A stretch of 64,000 nt of DNA, from positions 15,252,001 through 15,316,000 of the forward strand of contig CM068745.1 of the NCBI GenBank assembly GCA_035084275.1, written 5' to 3'. This DNA comes from Hydrolagus colliei (Eukaryota). Below, piece by piece: positions 25,696 to 39,200 of this stretch (within the stretch, counting starts at the first letter, position 1; each line of letters starts with the position of its first letter). A program made the position numbers and the translations under genes. The notes under the pieces were generated by a model, which saw only the letters and a list, made by a program, of their open reading frames with translations, made no database searches and was not told where the DNA came from.

Positions 25696-26534
25696 GTTTT
25701 TTTTAATGTGAAGGGATTTGATACAAATGAGGGCACATAATGTATACATTTTGGAACAAGTTGCTTTAATGAAATCCTTTGTTCTGAAGTTAAAATTTGC
25801 TGATCTTGCTGAAGTGAGACGATTATTTCTGTTCTGTGCTCCAGTGGCTCACATCTTTGTTCATTGAATTACTCAGTGTTTTATTGTAACAATATGAATC
25901 ATAGTACTGTATGTAGTTGCCAGTACATAAAATAAACTTGTTTTTATGTTGACATTTTTAAAAAGTTATTCTTTTATCTTGTTTTTCACCTGTTATTTAT
26001 CCACAAAGCAAAACGGGTCAAAGCAGAATGCGGCCAGCACATAGCTTTCCAGCTAATACGTTACAGATTGTTTTACAGTGCGCTCATGCATGGCCTTGCA
26101 GCATGGTCTAGAATTATCTCAATTAAAGCTGAACAAGGAGCACATAGACACATAAAGAAAACCCTAGCGTCGCCAGACCCTGTCTCCTATGAGCACTCAG
26201 CATTTGTTTGCCTGTTCAAAGAAGAGTGCACTGACAACCCTTGTGGAATGTTATTAAAGGCTGGCCTTCTTAACAAGAGTCTGAAGGATCGCTGGGTCAG
26301 AAACACTAGTATTACGTTTCTCAATAAAGGGTGATGAGTTGATTTAAAATTTAAGAATTTCAATTGACATCATCAGGGTACGCTAACTAACAGGGATATT
26401 ACATGCTAATTGGGACCAGCCCAGTTGTGGATAAGGAAAAAATGCAGGTAATTTGTCATCACACAATCAATCAATCAATCAATCATGCTAATGATTAAAC
26501 ATTGCTAATCAAAATAATAGTAATACAGTTTTAA

Positions 26535-27250
26535 CACTTGCATTTGATATATCGCTTTATCACATTTTTCCCACAAATATACAGTCAATTCACTTTACAG
26601 TATATTCTGTGGGGCGCTTTGAGATGTCGATAAGATGTGAAAAGCACTATATCAAATGCAAGGATTATTATTATTATCTTTGAAACAACAACATCTCAAA
26701 GCGCTTCACAGAATATATTGTAAAGTGAATTGACTGTACATTTTGTGGGATAAACACGGTAGGCAATTGCACATGGCAGTGGCCCACAAATACCAGTGGA
26801 TTGAGTGACCAAACTTTTGTTTTTTGAGGTGGTGGGGAGAATTTTATTTATTATCTGAAAATATACTGCATCTGTAGTACCATACTATACCAGGGTAGTG
26901 CCATAAACGTATGTGTGTCTGTGCGCATGCGTGTGTGAGTGCATACGTGTGTGTGTCGCTCGCTCTCTCAGTCTCTTTCACTCTCTCTTTCCGAATCTGT
27001 TTATCACTCTAGCTATCTCTGTTGATGCTACTGTGTATGCTCCATGGATGAGGGAAGTCTTCTAGGTGTTTCAAAGCACTTCACAGAATAATAATAATCC
27101 TTGCATTTTGATATAGCGCTTTTCGCATCTTATCGACATCTCAAAGCGCTTCACAGAATATACTGTAAAGTGAATTGACTGTATATTTGTGGGCAAAACG
27201 CAGCAGCCAATTGCGCACAGCAGTGTCCCACAAACAGTCGTGGATTGGAA
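26535..27250. mobile_element. SINE fragment cluster with a (TG)n/(CT)n tract
   Basis: Plus tail 26570-26677, minus body 26690-26815, (TG)n 26910-26956, minus copy 27087-27248. Confidence 0.8.
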
Positions 27251-28309
27251 TGAAATGCATGGATCATTAATATTATTAAAAGGTTCCTTCCTGTACTTCC
27301 TTCCTTTTTTTTGAACAGGTTGTACCGGTACCAGGCTAGTCATAGAATTCCATCAGAATTTATAATGAAGGGAATAAAGACAGAGATATCTGAGCAAATT
27401 CCATCTTTTTCATGTCACAGCAATATTTTCACAACAGTAGCCACCTGAGGAATATTTTGTCCACCAGAAAAGCAGGGTAGGCTTTCACAAGCCAATATTA
27501 CTAGATTTAACTAGTAATAGTTAAAACATCTTCAGTTTTAACATCTCATTCCCAACAATCCCAGTCACAGTATTGCGTGTGTCAGCCTAGACAATGTGAG
27601 TTCAAAGTCCCGTCATGGGGCTTGAACAACACTATTCTGTGTTTGACGTAAAAGTGCTACCACCTGTGTCAGAACTTGATGACACTTCCTGCATTGCGTC
27701 ATTGCTCTTGTGCTGGAGGCTCTTGTGCTGGAGACTACTGAGCGCTAGTCTCTACCTGCTCCACCAGAGCTTGGCATTCCCCCAGTTACGTGGTGACTAC
27801 TCTCTCCTCTTGCACAATCCTTGTAGAAACATTATAATCAGGCACACAATAGAACCAGTGTACTGATAGAAGAGGAAGCTTTGGATTTCGGAAAATCTAA
27901 GTTTTACAAAGTAAGCACTGTATCGTAGAAAGCCGATTGTGGATCATTTTTCCTGTAATAATTCCTTGAAAAAACACAATAAAAAAATAATGTGGTACTC
28001 ATTCCGTGACTGTTCGTGGGACACTGCTGTGCACAATTGGTTGCCTCGTTTCACTCACAAAATACAGAGTCATTATACTTAACAGTATATTCAGTGAAGC
28101 ACTTTGAGACGTCTCGAAGGCGCTATTTCAAATGCAAGAATTATTATTACTGTATTATCCACATCAGTTGAGTAGGGTTAACAGCTTTACTTTACAACTA
28201 GTGGCAGAGACAGGTTTTGCAACAATGTGGGAGGGTGATGGGTCATTAAGCTGCACCTTCCAGTTGTGCTCCACACTGCCCCATACCTCCTCCTATTGCT
28301 CTCTTCCCT

Positions 28310-29001
28310 TGACCGGCACCGCTTATTTCCACCTACGCAACATTGCCAGGCTCTGAACTATCTCACCCCCCACGCTGCCGAAACACTCGTGAACGCGTAC
28401 ATCACCTCACGGCTGGACTACGGAAACTCTCTCCTCGTCGGCCTCCCCAGCTCCTCCATTCACAGGCTGCAGGTCATCCAAAATCTGCAGCCCGTGTACT
28501 ATCCCGCACCCACCTCCGCGACCACATAACCCCCACCCTCGCCCGTCTCCACTGGCTCCCCATCCTCCAGAGGATCGAGTTCAAGATCCTCGTCCTCACC
28601 TTCAAGGCCTTACACGGCCTTGCCCCACCCTATTTAACCGATTTATTCTCCCCCTATAAGCCCACCCAGACCTTCCGTTCAGCAGGACTTGGCCTGCTCC
28701 AAGCCCCCCGCCCGAACCACCCCACCATCGGAGGCCGGGCATTCAATTTCTCCGCTCCCACCCTGTGGAATTCCATCCCTCAATCCCTCCGCCTTGTTTC
28801 TTCCCTTTCCTCTTTCAAGGCCGGTTTGAAGACTTTCCTCTTCGACCGTGCCTTTTGTTCCCCCCAAATTTTTCGACCTCCCCTGCGTGTTTCACCCCTT
28901 CCCGAACACTCCCCTCCCAGCTCGGGTCACACGCCTCCTGTGCAGCGCCTTGGGACGTCCTCCCAACGTGAAAGGCACTTTATAAGTTTAAATTATTGTT
29001 G
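28310..29001 (+). mobile_element. L2 LINE 3' fragment, same young family as 43275-44860
   Basis: Near-identical to the reverse complement of 43275-43975; [21 protein letters not shown]; tail stem-loop. Confidence 0.93.
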
Positions 29002-29419
29002 TGGCTCACTATGTTAGCTCGTGTCTCAAACAACTTTGTGGGAGGCAGCACTGAGAGTGCCAGGAAGAGAGCCAGAGCAGGAGATAAAGGTACCATCCTG
29101 ACCTAAAGGCCGTCATGAGATAGCAGTCCAATCTCCATCTCACCCATCCATTACCTCCACCACTGATTACAACGGAGCCAAAATAGTATCCAAATTAAAG
29201 GTTAACTGCAATCCTACATTGAGCAGTCTGGCTGGACAGTAACTCGTTTTATTTAAATCCTGAAGAAGTTTCAACCAGTGATAAGAAAACATGCTATGAA
29301 TGAACCTTTCTTTTCGACAAACAATAGCTATCAGACACTATACAAAATAAGATTTGCAAACAATAGCACAGTCTTAAATAGGTTAACTTTTTTTGTTAAT
29401 GGTGTTTGCTTTTACATTT

Positions 29420-29995
29420 TAAAACCCGGTTGTTAGTTCATTCGCGAATCGCTTTCCTGGGGTAATAATCCCCCTCAAAAAAAATTATGGGACACTGTTG
29501 AGTGCAATTGGCTGCCCTGTTTTTCCCATAAAAAAACATCAATTCACTTTACAGTATATTTTGTGAAGTGCTTTGAGACATACCAATGGCATGATTAGGC
29601 GCAATATCAAATGCAAGGATTATTATTAATAATAATAAATAATGATATAGTGCTGGGGAAGTGTTAGCTCAGTGGTTAGAGGACACGCCTCGCAAGCGAG
29701 AGGACCTGTGTTCGATTCCCAGCAGGGTGAAGCATTGGGTAAGTTTTCTTACTCCACATGTTTACTGAGCTGTAAGTAGGAACCCGGTTGTTAGTCGATT
29801 GGTGGATTGCTTTTCCGGGGATAATAATTCCTTCAAAATAAATTAAAAATATTTGTCCACGACTGTTTGTGGGATGCTGCCGCATTGCAACAACAAAATA
29901 TACAATCAATTCACTTTACAATATATTATGTGAAGCACTTTGAGACATCTCAGAGATGTGATAAGGCACTATATCAAATGCAAGCATTATCATTA
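29420..29995 (+). mobile_element. Two tandem SINEs of the longer variant
   Basis: Both contain aacccggttgttagt...tgctttt/ccgggg upstream of the shared body. Confidence 0.8.
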
Positions 29996-30880
29996 ATTTT
30001 TAAAAAGGAATTGGATATTTACACAAAAAGAAAGGTCTATGGGGAGGGAGCAGGAGAGTGGGTCTTAGGATAGCTCTTCCAAAGAACTGACACAGGTACA
30101 ATGTACCAAATGGCCTCCTTATTTGCTGTAGGATTCTATGATTCCATGATAATTGTGTTATTTCCAGTTTGTCTTTCTTCTTTAAGGTGGTGGATTGAGT
30201 TGTTGTCTCTCAGTTTTGTTCCCCAAAGCAGGTTGACTGGCCCAGTGAGAGACGCTAATGATATGCTCTCCATCTGTGACCATAGGTCCGTGTGCCTCCT
30301 CATCCTTCTCAATCTCTGTGGCCTTCAATACTATTGAACTATAGTACCATTCCATTCTTTTCCACCATTTTTCCTCCTCATACTGTACCTCCACGACTCT
30401 AGTAGAAAAGGCCATAAAGAATGCAAATAGACTCCATATCTTTATGTGCAGAGAATAGAATATTAAAAGTAAGAAAGTAAGGATATATTTATATAAAATT
30501 TTAGTCAGACCTCACTTGGAGTAACGTGTGCAGTTCTGGTCACAATACAGGAAGGATGTTATAACATTAGAGAAAGTAAAGCATACATTTACAAGGATGT
30601 TACCAGGGATGACATCTATCAAGAGAGATTGTACAGGATACAGCTTTTCTCTCTGGAGTTGAGATGATTGAGAGGGGACCTGATGTAGGTCATGGAAGAA
30701 TTCAATAATAAACCGTTTCTACTTGTTGGTGAGTCAAAAACTAGAACTTGAAGTCAAGGAAGGAGAAAGGAATAAGGGAGAATAGAAAGGTTGAGAAAAC
30801 GAATTGGAAAGTGGGGTCTCGTGTGGAAAGTGAATACCATGGACTTGCAGAATGACCTGTTTCTGTGTATATCACTCAAT
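29995..30880 (+). mobile_element. Degenerate CR1 fragments
   Basis: aaaaaggaattggatatttac...attctatgattccatg tail; agtcagacctcacttggagtaacgtgtgcagttctggtca. Confidence 0.7.
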
Positions 30881-31572
30881 GTAACTCTATATAGAAAAAG
30901 GGGAAGTTTTTTGTTTGAGGTCAATGAGAATTAAAAAAAAAAACATCAATTGTACAGTATATATATATAATCATTCAAAACTCTGAACCCCATTCTGGAT
31001 CCTCATTAGCTACGCCTGAACTGACAGGTTACATCCACTCCACGATAAACAATGAACTAACAACTGAGTAAACAACAGCTCCTAAATTGACCAAAAGTAA
31101 AGTCTCAGGGAAAGGGATTGAATAATTCACTTCCAGTTTTAGCAAGAAGAATGTTTAACCAGTATTTAAAGGGACAGAATATTTAAATGGGCTTGACCTC
31201 AATAACAAGGTTCAGTTTTTGGCCACTGAACCAGTTAATGACAAAATGTATTTTTACAAATTGCATTTTATTCAGCACCTTATCACGTTGTTAGTCTCAA
31301 AGCACCAGACAGTTCCCATGTAAAGAGCTCTATCTAAGTGCAAGTTGTGGTTGAGTTGTCAGTAAAGTGCAATGACTGTATATTTGTGGGGTTATGCAGC
31401 AGGCAATTTATGGAAAGCAATGTACCACAAATAGTCAGCAAGTGAATGTTCTATTTTATATCTGATGGAATGCTGGCAAGGAAGGATACTGGAGAAAGTC
31501 TTTTCTCTTTTCAATTAATGTCATGGGATCTTTAACTTGAACAGAAGGCTAATTGGTAGGCAGACAGAATCT

Positions 31573-31879
31573 TAATAATAATCCTTGCATTTGACATAGT
31601 GCTTTTCACATCTTCTAGAAATCTCAAAGCGCTTCATAGAATATACTATAAAATATATTGACTGTATATTTGTGGGCGCAACACAGCAGCCAATTGGGCA
31701 CAGCAGTGTCCCGCAAACAGTCGTGGATTGAGTGACCGAATTATTATTTTACTTTTTCTTGAGGGTTTATTATCTGGTATGTGGAGGAAGGAAACATACC
31801 CAAGTTTTTACCCTGTTGGGAATTGAACCCAGAGCTTTCGTTTGAGAGGTGAGTACTCTAACCACTGAGCTGCAGGACT
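31573..31879 (-). mobile_element. Full-length SINE
   Basis: Complete head, body and tail. Confidence 0.9.
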
Positions 31880-32566
31880 GCACTTGGTTGAACATTCCAT
31901 CTCTGAGAATGAATGCGTCTCCCGAGGCACTGGACTGTAGTATTTGTCTTGACTGAAACGTTGAAATATATGTTTCATGATTGCTTCCTGTGATGACTGT
32001 AAATTTATATTGATTACATTTAAAAAGGTCAGTTGTACAGTATGACTTAGTTCAAATCATTGAAAGGGAGTTTATTATTAATTCTAATAAACTCACTCCG
32101 TGCCAATTTGGTTATTCATTGCAGTGTTGAATTAGAAGGAAGATTGGAACACTATGTGGACTTGCCACTGAGTCAGACAAGTCATTCAACCAGGAAAATC
32201 AGATGCCTAAAATTTGTCAAGGTCTTGAGGTAAGTAACTGCAACTCAGAATCTGAACCTCAAACGAGTGGAACCATTGCTCAGTGGGTAAGGATGTATGT
32301 CTGAGTTTTGCGCAGGAGGATTGCAACAGTGCTCTCACATATTTCATGCTGAATTAGGCTGTTCACCAAGGAAGCTATCAGGGAGTTTCAGGTCCCTGCT
32401 AACTATATAGTAGTTGCCCACAGTCAATTCAGTCAATTCACTATACAGTATATTCTGTGAAGGGCTTTGAGGCATCTAGAAGACGTGGAAAGCGCTATAT
32501 CATATGCAAGGATCGTTAGTATTATTATTATGTAGTGAGAGCTCAAACCTGTGTTTCTTGTATGTC

Positions 32567-33143
32567 TCCAGTTCCTCCATTCACAGGCTGCAGGTCATCC
32601 AAAACTCTGCAGCCCATGTACTATCCCGCACCCACCTCCGCGACCACATAACCCCCACCCTTGCCTGTCTCCACTGGCTCCCCATCCTCCAGAGGATCGA
32701 GTTCAAGATCCTCGTCCTCACCTTCAAGGCCTTACACGGCCTTGCCCCGCCCTATTTAACCAATCTACTCTCCTCCTACAAGCCCACCCGGACCCCTCCG
32801 TTCAGTAGGAATTGGCCTGCTCCAAGCCCCCCGCCCAAACCACCCCACCATCGGAGGCCGGGACTTCAGTTTCTCCGCTCCCACCCTGTGGAATTCCATC
32901 CCCCAATCCCTCTGCCTTGTTTCTTCCCTTTCCTCTTTCAAGGCTGGTTTGAAGACTTTCCTCTTCGACCGTGCCTTTTGTTTTCCCCTGAATTTTTCGA
33001 CCTCCCCTACGTGTTTCACCCCTTCCTGAACACTCCCCTCCCAGCTTGGGTCACACGCCTCCTGTGCAGCGCCTTGGGACGTCCTCCCGACGTGAAAGGC
33101 GCTTTATAAGTTTAAGTTGTTGTTGTTGTTGTTGTTGTTGTTG
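32567..33143 (+). mobile_element. L2 LINE 3' fragment ending in a (TTG)n run
   Basis: Near-identical to 28450-29000; tail AGCGCCTTGGGACGTCCTCCCGACGTGAAAGGCGCT then (TTG)n. Confidence 0.93.
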
Positions 33144-33884
33144 TCAAGTAACCAACTTGTAACTATTTTCTTTGGGTGTGCTAAGCAAGGTCTCCATGAG
33201 GTTGAGATGGCTTCAAGGTGATGTGTTTGACAATTACATATTTGTATTGAGTCAAACTTCGTTGGAGATCTTGGTAGTCCAATTCATGTTAGGCAGATCT
33301 TCAATACTACATTACAAGGCACTGGTGATGATGACAAACCAGCCATCCTGGCAACCAGCAGAACTCAGAAGGGTAGGCTGGACACTGGAGAGTAGGGTGG
33401 GTCCCAATTGGACAACCAGTGGGAAAGCTTGCTAGACAATGTTCTTAATGGCAATTTATGCTTAATTGGTTAAACTTCAACAGTACCACAACCAACTAGG
33501 GTCTCCGAGCCTTGGCTCTTGCCAACCTGTGCCTAATACTCTGTGGAATTAAGTCCATCCCTCCAGGGAGAGACTACACATTCTATTCTAGATGTGTAGA
33601 ATGTAAGTGGCGTATCTGTGTGGAATTCTCAGTTTAGTTTGGATACTCTTCTGCACCTGAATGGGTTTCAGCATGTGTCAGACACCCAGCTGTTTTGGAG
33701 ATGAGCAAGTACAAGCTTTGCTTTCAGCCATGATGCCTGACCTCTGGAAGTCCCTGCCTCAATCCATCCAGCTTGCCCACTCTTTACCTGTCTTCAGGTG
33801 GCACTGAAAACTCTTTGTGCCAATGGTAACTACCCCATAGTTCACCAAACTATGCCATTGTTAAGCACTCCAAACCGAATCCAT

Positions 33885-34070
33885 GTGAAGGATGCTATAT
33901 AAACTCCCTCCTCTTTTTGAAAAATGCTGCCAGACCTTTAACGTCCACCTGAATCGGCAGACGGACCTCAGTTTAACGTTGCGTCTGAAGGCACCCTGTG
34001 ACAATGGAGCTACCCCCAGCACCACATTGGAGTGTCCGCTCCATATGATTTGACCATGTGATTCAAATTC
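33885..34070 (-). mobile_element. Ancient DeuSINE relic (full Deu-domain type, SacSINE1/AmnSINE1-like)
   Basis: Minus strand ...aacgttaaactgaggtccgtctgccgattcaggtggacgttaaag... resembles the Deu core as recalled; related relics at ~12130-12320, ~31320-31570, ~53215-53330 and ~63170-63500. Confidence 0.65.
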
Positions 34071-35323
34071 GCCCACAAATATACAGTCAATTCACTCAGC
34101 AGTATATTCTGTAAAGCACTTTGAGACATCAATAAGATGTGAAAAGCGCTATATCAAATGCAAGGAGTATTAATATTATTGCAACCTTCTGACACACAGA
34201 ATGTGTGAATCAAGCTGATACACAGTATGTTTCTGCTTGAAATGTAATCATATTTGTCACAGAAAAAAGTTGCACCTGTATAATTTATATCATTAACATT
34301 ACTCTTATTGTCCTGTGTGTTTGGGAATTTTCATAATTTTAATGCTTTTTCAATGCCAGGTTGGCTGAATCAACCATTTGAATCTACAACCACAGAGGCT
34401 GGAGGTTACAGATCAAATAAATGCTGCATCACCACTTGATGTTTAATTAACTTGGTTCATTACATAGCAGCACTGTACATCTTTTGTTAACGCCAAAGAA
34501 AACTTGGTCTTTAAAGTAAGCAACATAAAATCCTCAGCTGCAAAAGCCCACAGATACTTTGTGAAGACCCGTTGTCACACCTAGCAGAATATGGCGCTCC
34601 TCCATCATTATACTGTACTTCATCCGGAGACGCTGACAGGCAAGAGAACAGATTGGACAATGATCCTGGCGCCTAAAGGTCTGCACTGAGATCAGTATAA
34701 GGTCGCACAGAAAGACATAATAGTATAATTCATGAACCCAATTTACCCAGCCAAACATTTCATATGCTCGAAGTCAATGTTGTGCCATAAAACTGATAAG
34801 CTTTGAGACATTCAATGACTTGATAAAGCACTGTATCAAATGGGTTGATTATTATTAATATTATTATTATTTTTATTATTACTCAGCTGGTATTTAACCA
34901 GCCAACATCATCTGTTAGCAGAGAGGAAGCTTTAAGCATTCCAGTTAACCATCTGGAACTCCATTCTACAGTCCTTTTCGATCATGCCTTCTGCCGCTCT
35001 CCTAACTCTCTCCCGCTCCTCCCCTCTACCCTACCCCTCCCCTGTCCTCGGCTCCCAACCCCTGACTGTTCAGTGCCTTGGGAATTCCTCCCAATGTGAA
35101 AGGCGCTCTATAAATGTAATTTTGTTGTTGTATTTTGTTGCTGTTGTGTTTGAGGAAATAAAGTAAACTCAGAATGATACAACATTAAACTGTTTTATAC
35201 ATTTTTGACCCAATCGACATGATTTTGTTTGGAAATGATGAGGAGATGCACATATTTCACCACAATCCATGTGATTGGCAGTCAATGGTACAGACACAGA
35301 ATAGTGTAGACCACAATTTGAAA

Positions 35324-35621
35324 TAATAATAATCTTTGCATTTGATATAGCACTTTCCATGTCTTCTAGACGCCTCAAAGCATTTGACAGAATATATTGT
35401 AAAGTGGATTAGATTGTATATATTTGTGGGCGAAAACACGCAGGCAACTGCATACAGCAGTGTCCCACAAACAGTCGTGGATTGAAATGACCATTTGTTT
35501 TTAGGGATTATTATCAGGCATGTGGAGTAAGGAAACTTGCCCAAGGTCTTGTCCTGCCGGGAATCAAACTTAGGTCTCTTGCTTGTAAGGCGAATGCTCT
35601 AACTACTGAGCTACAGGACTC
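35324..35621 (-). mobile_element. Full-length SINE
   Basis: Complete head, body and tail. Confidence 0.9.
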
Positions 35622-36609
35622 TACAATATGTCCAAGTCAGGATGGTGTGTTTCTTGGAAGGGGAGCTTGGAGGTGATGACGTCCTGATGATTTTGCAGCT
35701 GTTGTTGTCCTTGATGTGGAGGTCTCGGGGCTGGGAGGTGCTGTTGATGTAGGTTAGTGAAAACCTGCAAATATACACTGCAACCTAAGCATGTCGGTGG
35801 CAGAGTGGCTGAGTAATCAACATTGCACGTTAGTACCTTAAGCATAGTTCTGAGAATCTATAAATGGTCTTTCATAAAGTTGATTTAATAAACGATATAT
35901 GAAATGTTGTAATTCTTCTGCAGTGATATTTTAGGTAGAAACGTCTATTTGTTTGCTCAAAACATCCCTAGAATCAGACATGAAGAAGGATTCACCTTTT
36001 GAAAACTCAGCACCAAGATAGTATTTCATTTGTGGAAAAGATGCTTTGTAAAAACAGTAACCCTGCCCAGACGTAATTGGTTTTACAGTGGGAGTCTTTA
36101 TGTAGAGTCGATGTTTTGGCTGCAAATCAGATATTATTTTCTACATAAAGATTACTGTTGACAAAAAAATCTTTGATTCCCAATGTTTGATATGTTTGAA
36201 TATCTACGGAGAAGAGACTGGGATTTATCCCCAGTATCTGTAAGATGAGACGCTTTCGCTGAATGGATCTTTTGTCACTGCAGAAACATTTCAATAGGAG
36301 AGCGCTCAGAATAGTAGTTCTTTTTAAGAATTGTAAAAGAACGATATGTGTGAGAACGTTCAGTGTCATTGAGTAGCCCAGGCACACTACGGTGCTGTGG
36401 GTGAAGCACTGACTCTCAAATGTTTCTTTTTGTTTTACCCCTTGGAACTTTTGGTGAAACAAACCAGGACTGATCAGAGATTTGGGGCACAAGAGGCTTG
36501 ATTCACCGACCCAGGTTGAGATAGTCACATTTGAAGTTGGAGGGAACAGTGGAATTTCAGAGTGCAACAAAGGTCATCTTACAAAGAGAGTTTGATAGGG
36601 TATACACAC

Positions 36610-37045
36610 TGGCTAATAATTGAAGTTTAATACAGGTAAATGCAAGGCAGTGCATTTGGAAGTAAGAATATGAAACAGGGGGAGATTGAAGGTCCAGAGA
36701 CATTAATTGACTCGTCACTCACTACTGTCAAAACACAAAACAATGTGAGGCAGCGATAAGCAAGACAAACAGAATGTTGGGCTATATTACTAAATCAGTT
36801 GAGTTTAGATCCCCCAGATGCCATTCGTAAGCTTTACATGCTCTGGTCGAATTACGCATAGATTACTGCCTACAATTTAGGTCACAGTGACATAAAGGGG
36901 GCTGTCCAAACTTTAGAGGCGTTGCAGAGAAGGGTACAGTGGGTGATCCTCAGCGTTCGAGGAATGAGCTATAGCCACCGTTGGCAACATGGAGCTGCTT
37001 AATCTGAGGGAAGACAACCCAGAGGGGAGCTCAGAAATGTGTATA
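36610..37045 (+). mobile_element. Degenerate CR1 fragment
   Basis: aagtttaatacaggtaaatgcaag...gcagagaaggg, homologous to the CR1 RT C-terminal region. Confidence 0.65.
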
Positions 37046-37509
37046 ACATTTCATTTTAAATGTTATACAAATGTTTCATGGGGGTGAAAAGGGGTTGAAA
37101 AAGAGAACAATATACTCAGATCCACCAAGACAACAACAACAGCAAAATGACACTTGTATAAACAGAGGAACAAGAAGACAACAACATCACATTTGTATGG
37201 TGCCTTTTACGTCAGGAGGACATCCCAAAGCTCTGGACACAGGTTTAGAGTTGTAAGGGGGCAATTTTACTCGCTTATGTTTTACTGATATGTTTGTATG
37301 ACTATTTGGTGGAATTTAGCAACATCCCCTCGCAGAAATCTAGTTCATTAATGACGATAACAGCTTGGTAAGACTCAGCTAAAAATATGAGAGGCAAAAA
37401 AGTGGACTAGAAGAAAATACTTGGCAGGAAGGCTAAGACACAAAAAGTGAACTAAACAAAACAATAAATTGCATTTATATTAAATTGCATTCACCTGCTA
37501 ACTTCATAA

Positions 37510-38163
37510 AGTCCGGTCCGCTCCCTCCACTCAGCAGCCTTCTTCCTGTTCCCTGCCCTGGCCTACCCTCCCCACCATCAGTTGTCGGGCCTTCATACTC
37601 TCCGCCCCAGCCCTTTGGAACTCCATCCCTTAGTCCCTTTGCTTTGCTTCCTCCCTTCCTCCTTCAAGGCCCATCTCAAGACCCTCCTCTTCATCTGTGC
37701 CTTCAGTTACCTTCCTACTCCTACCCTCCCTGCCCTCCACCTTTCCTGATCCCAACCCCCAACTTCGGTTCAAACCCTTGATTGTCTAGCACCTTTAGGA
37801 GGTCTCCCAGTGCAAAAGGTCCTGTAGCTCAGTGATCAGTGGTTAGAGCACTTGCCTTACAAACTGTTTAATTCCAGGCAGGGTGAACCCTTGGGCAAGT
37901 CTCCTTACTCCACATGCCTTTTGATAATCCCTCAAAAAAACCAATAATAAATTGGTCATTTCAATCCACAACTGTTTATGGGGCACAGCTGTGTGCAATT
38001 GGCTGCCGTGTTTCGCCCACATATATGTATATAGATATATATACTGTATATACACACACACATACAGTCAATTCACTTTACAGTATATTCTGGGAAGCAC
38101 TTTGAGACATCTAGAAGATGTGAAAAACACTATATCAACTGCAAAGATTATTATTATTATTAT
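37510..38163 (+). mobile_element. Old L2 3' fragment followed by a SINE (37819-38163) with internal (TA)n/(CA)n expansion
   Basis: L2 tail truncated at gcaaaagg, where the SINE head gtcctgtagctcag begins. Confidence 0.82.
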
Positions 38164-38849
38164 AAGTGTCATTTGTTGTTGTATATAGCGCCTTTCACAT
38201 CGAGTGGGGGGTCAACATATTTCTGTCTGTTTTGTTTTTTAAAAACTTTTATTATACTCTTTCCAGCAGGTCCATTTTAACTTGTAAAGAAAAAGGGTCA
38301 GCGTCTATACTGCGAGAGTTGGGCTGTGCATCTCCAACGTCAAAACAAAAGGAGATATCAACAAATTCTTGTGTATAAATATAACAACGGTCATTGGTTA
38401 GGTTAGGAATCAGTACCACAGTTCACTGCTCACGTTATATGCTGGAATCAGCCTTAACAATGCTCAGAATTAGACCAATCGCAACAGACTACACTTTGAG
38501 TACAGCTCAGCACAAAATCTTGAATCACATAACGGCTCTTGTTTCACACTTAGCAGCATCTCAGATTACTGGCAGGAATTCTAATTTGCAACCCAAAGTA
38601 CACAGGTCTGTGCCTGTTAACAATACATGCAAACAATCATTGTATTTTATGTTTTCCTCAATAGCTTGTAATAGCCAGAGGTGGAGGATGGGGGAAAGGG
38701 GGAAACTAAGAAGAATGCAAGAGAGAGAGAGCAGCTTCTTGGCTATAGTTATACTGATATATATGTGATTGCATCTTCTTACATGGAACATCTGATGGAT
38801 TGCTTAAGAAATTATCTGATAGACTGGAAAGAGTGACTCAGCACAAAAT

Positions 38850-39200
38850 AATAATAAATAATCCTCGCATTTGATATAGCACTTTTCTCATCTAGATGTC
38901 TCCAAGCGCTTCACAGAATATACTGTAAAGTGAATTGACTATATTTGTGGGAGAAACGGGGCAGCCAATTGCACACAGCAGTGTCCCACAAACAGTCATG
39001 GATTGAGTGACCAAATTATTTTTGTTTTAAGGATTCAAACCCAGGCCTCTTGCTTGCAAGGCAAGTGCTCTAACCACTGAGCAGGAGTAGACCATTCGGC
39101 CCCTCGAGCCTGCCCCGCCATTCAATAAGATCATGGCTGATCTTTTAATCTAACTCCACCTACCCGCCTTATCCCCATATCCCTTAATCCCTTTGTCCAT
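38850..39200 (-). mobile_element. SINE abutting a CR1 tail
   Basis: SINE 38850-39080; aggagtagaccattcggcccctcgagcc is the reverse complement of the CR1 tail seen at 60330-60365. Confidence 0.8.

Noticed and set aside
34560-34620. MMEERHILLGV resembling EEF1AKMT1 IMEEQAAELLGV (a gene near CRYL1 in human)
   Set aside because: Similarity does not extend to flanking residues and no other exons were found
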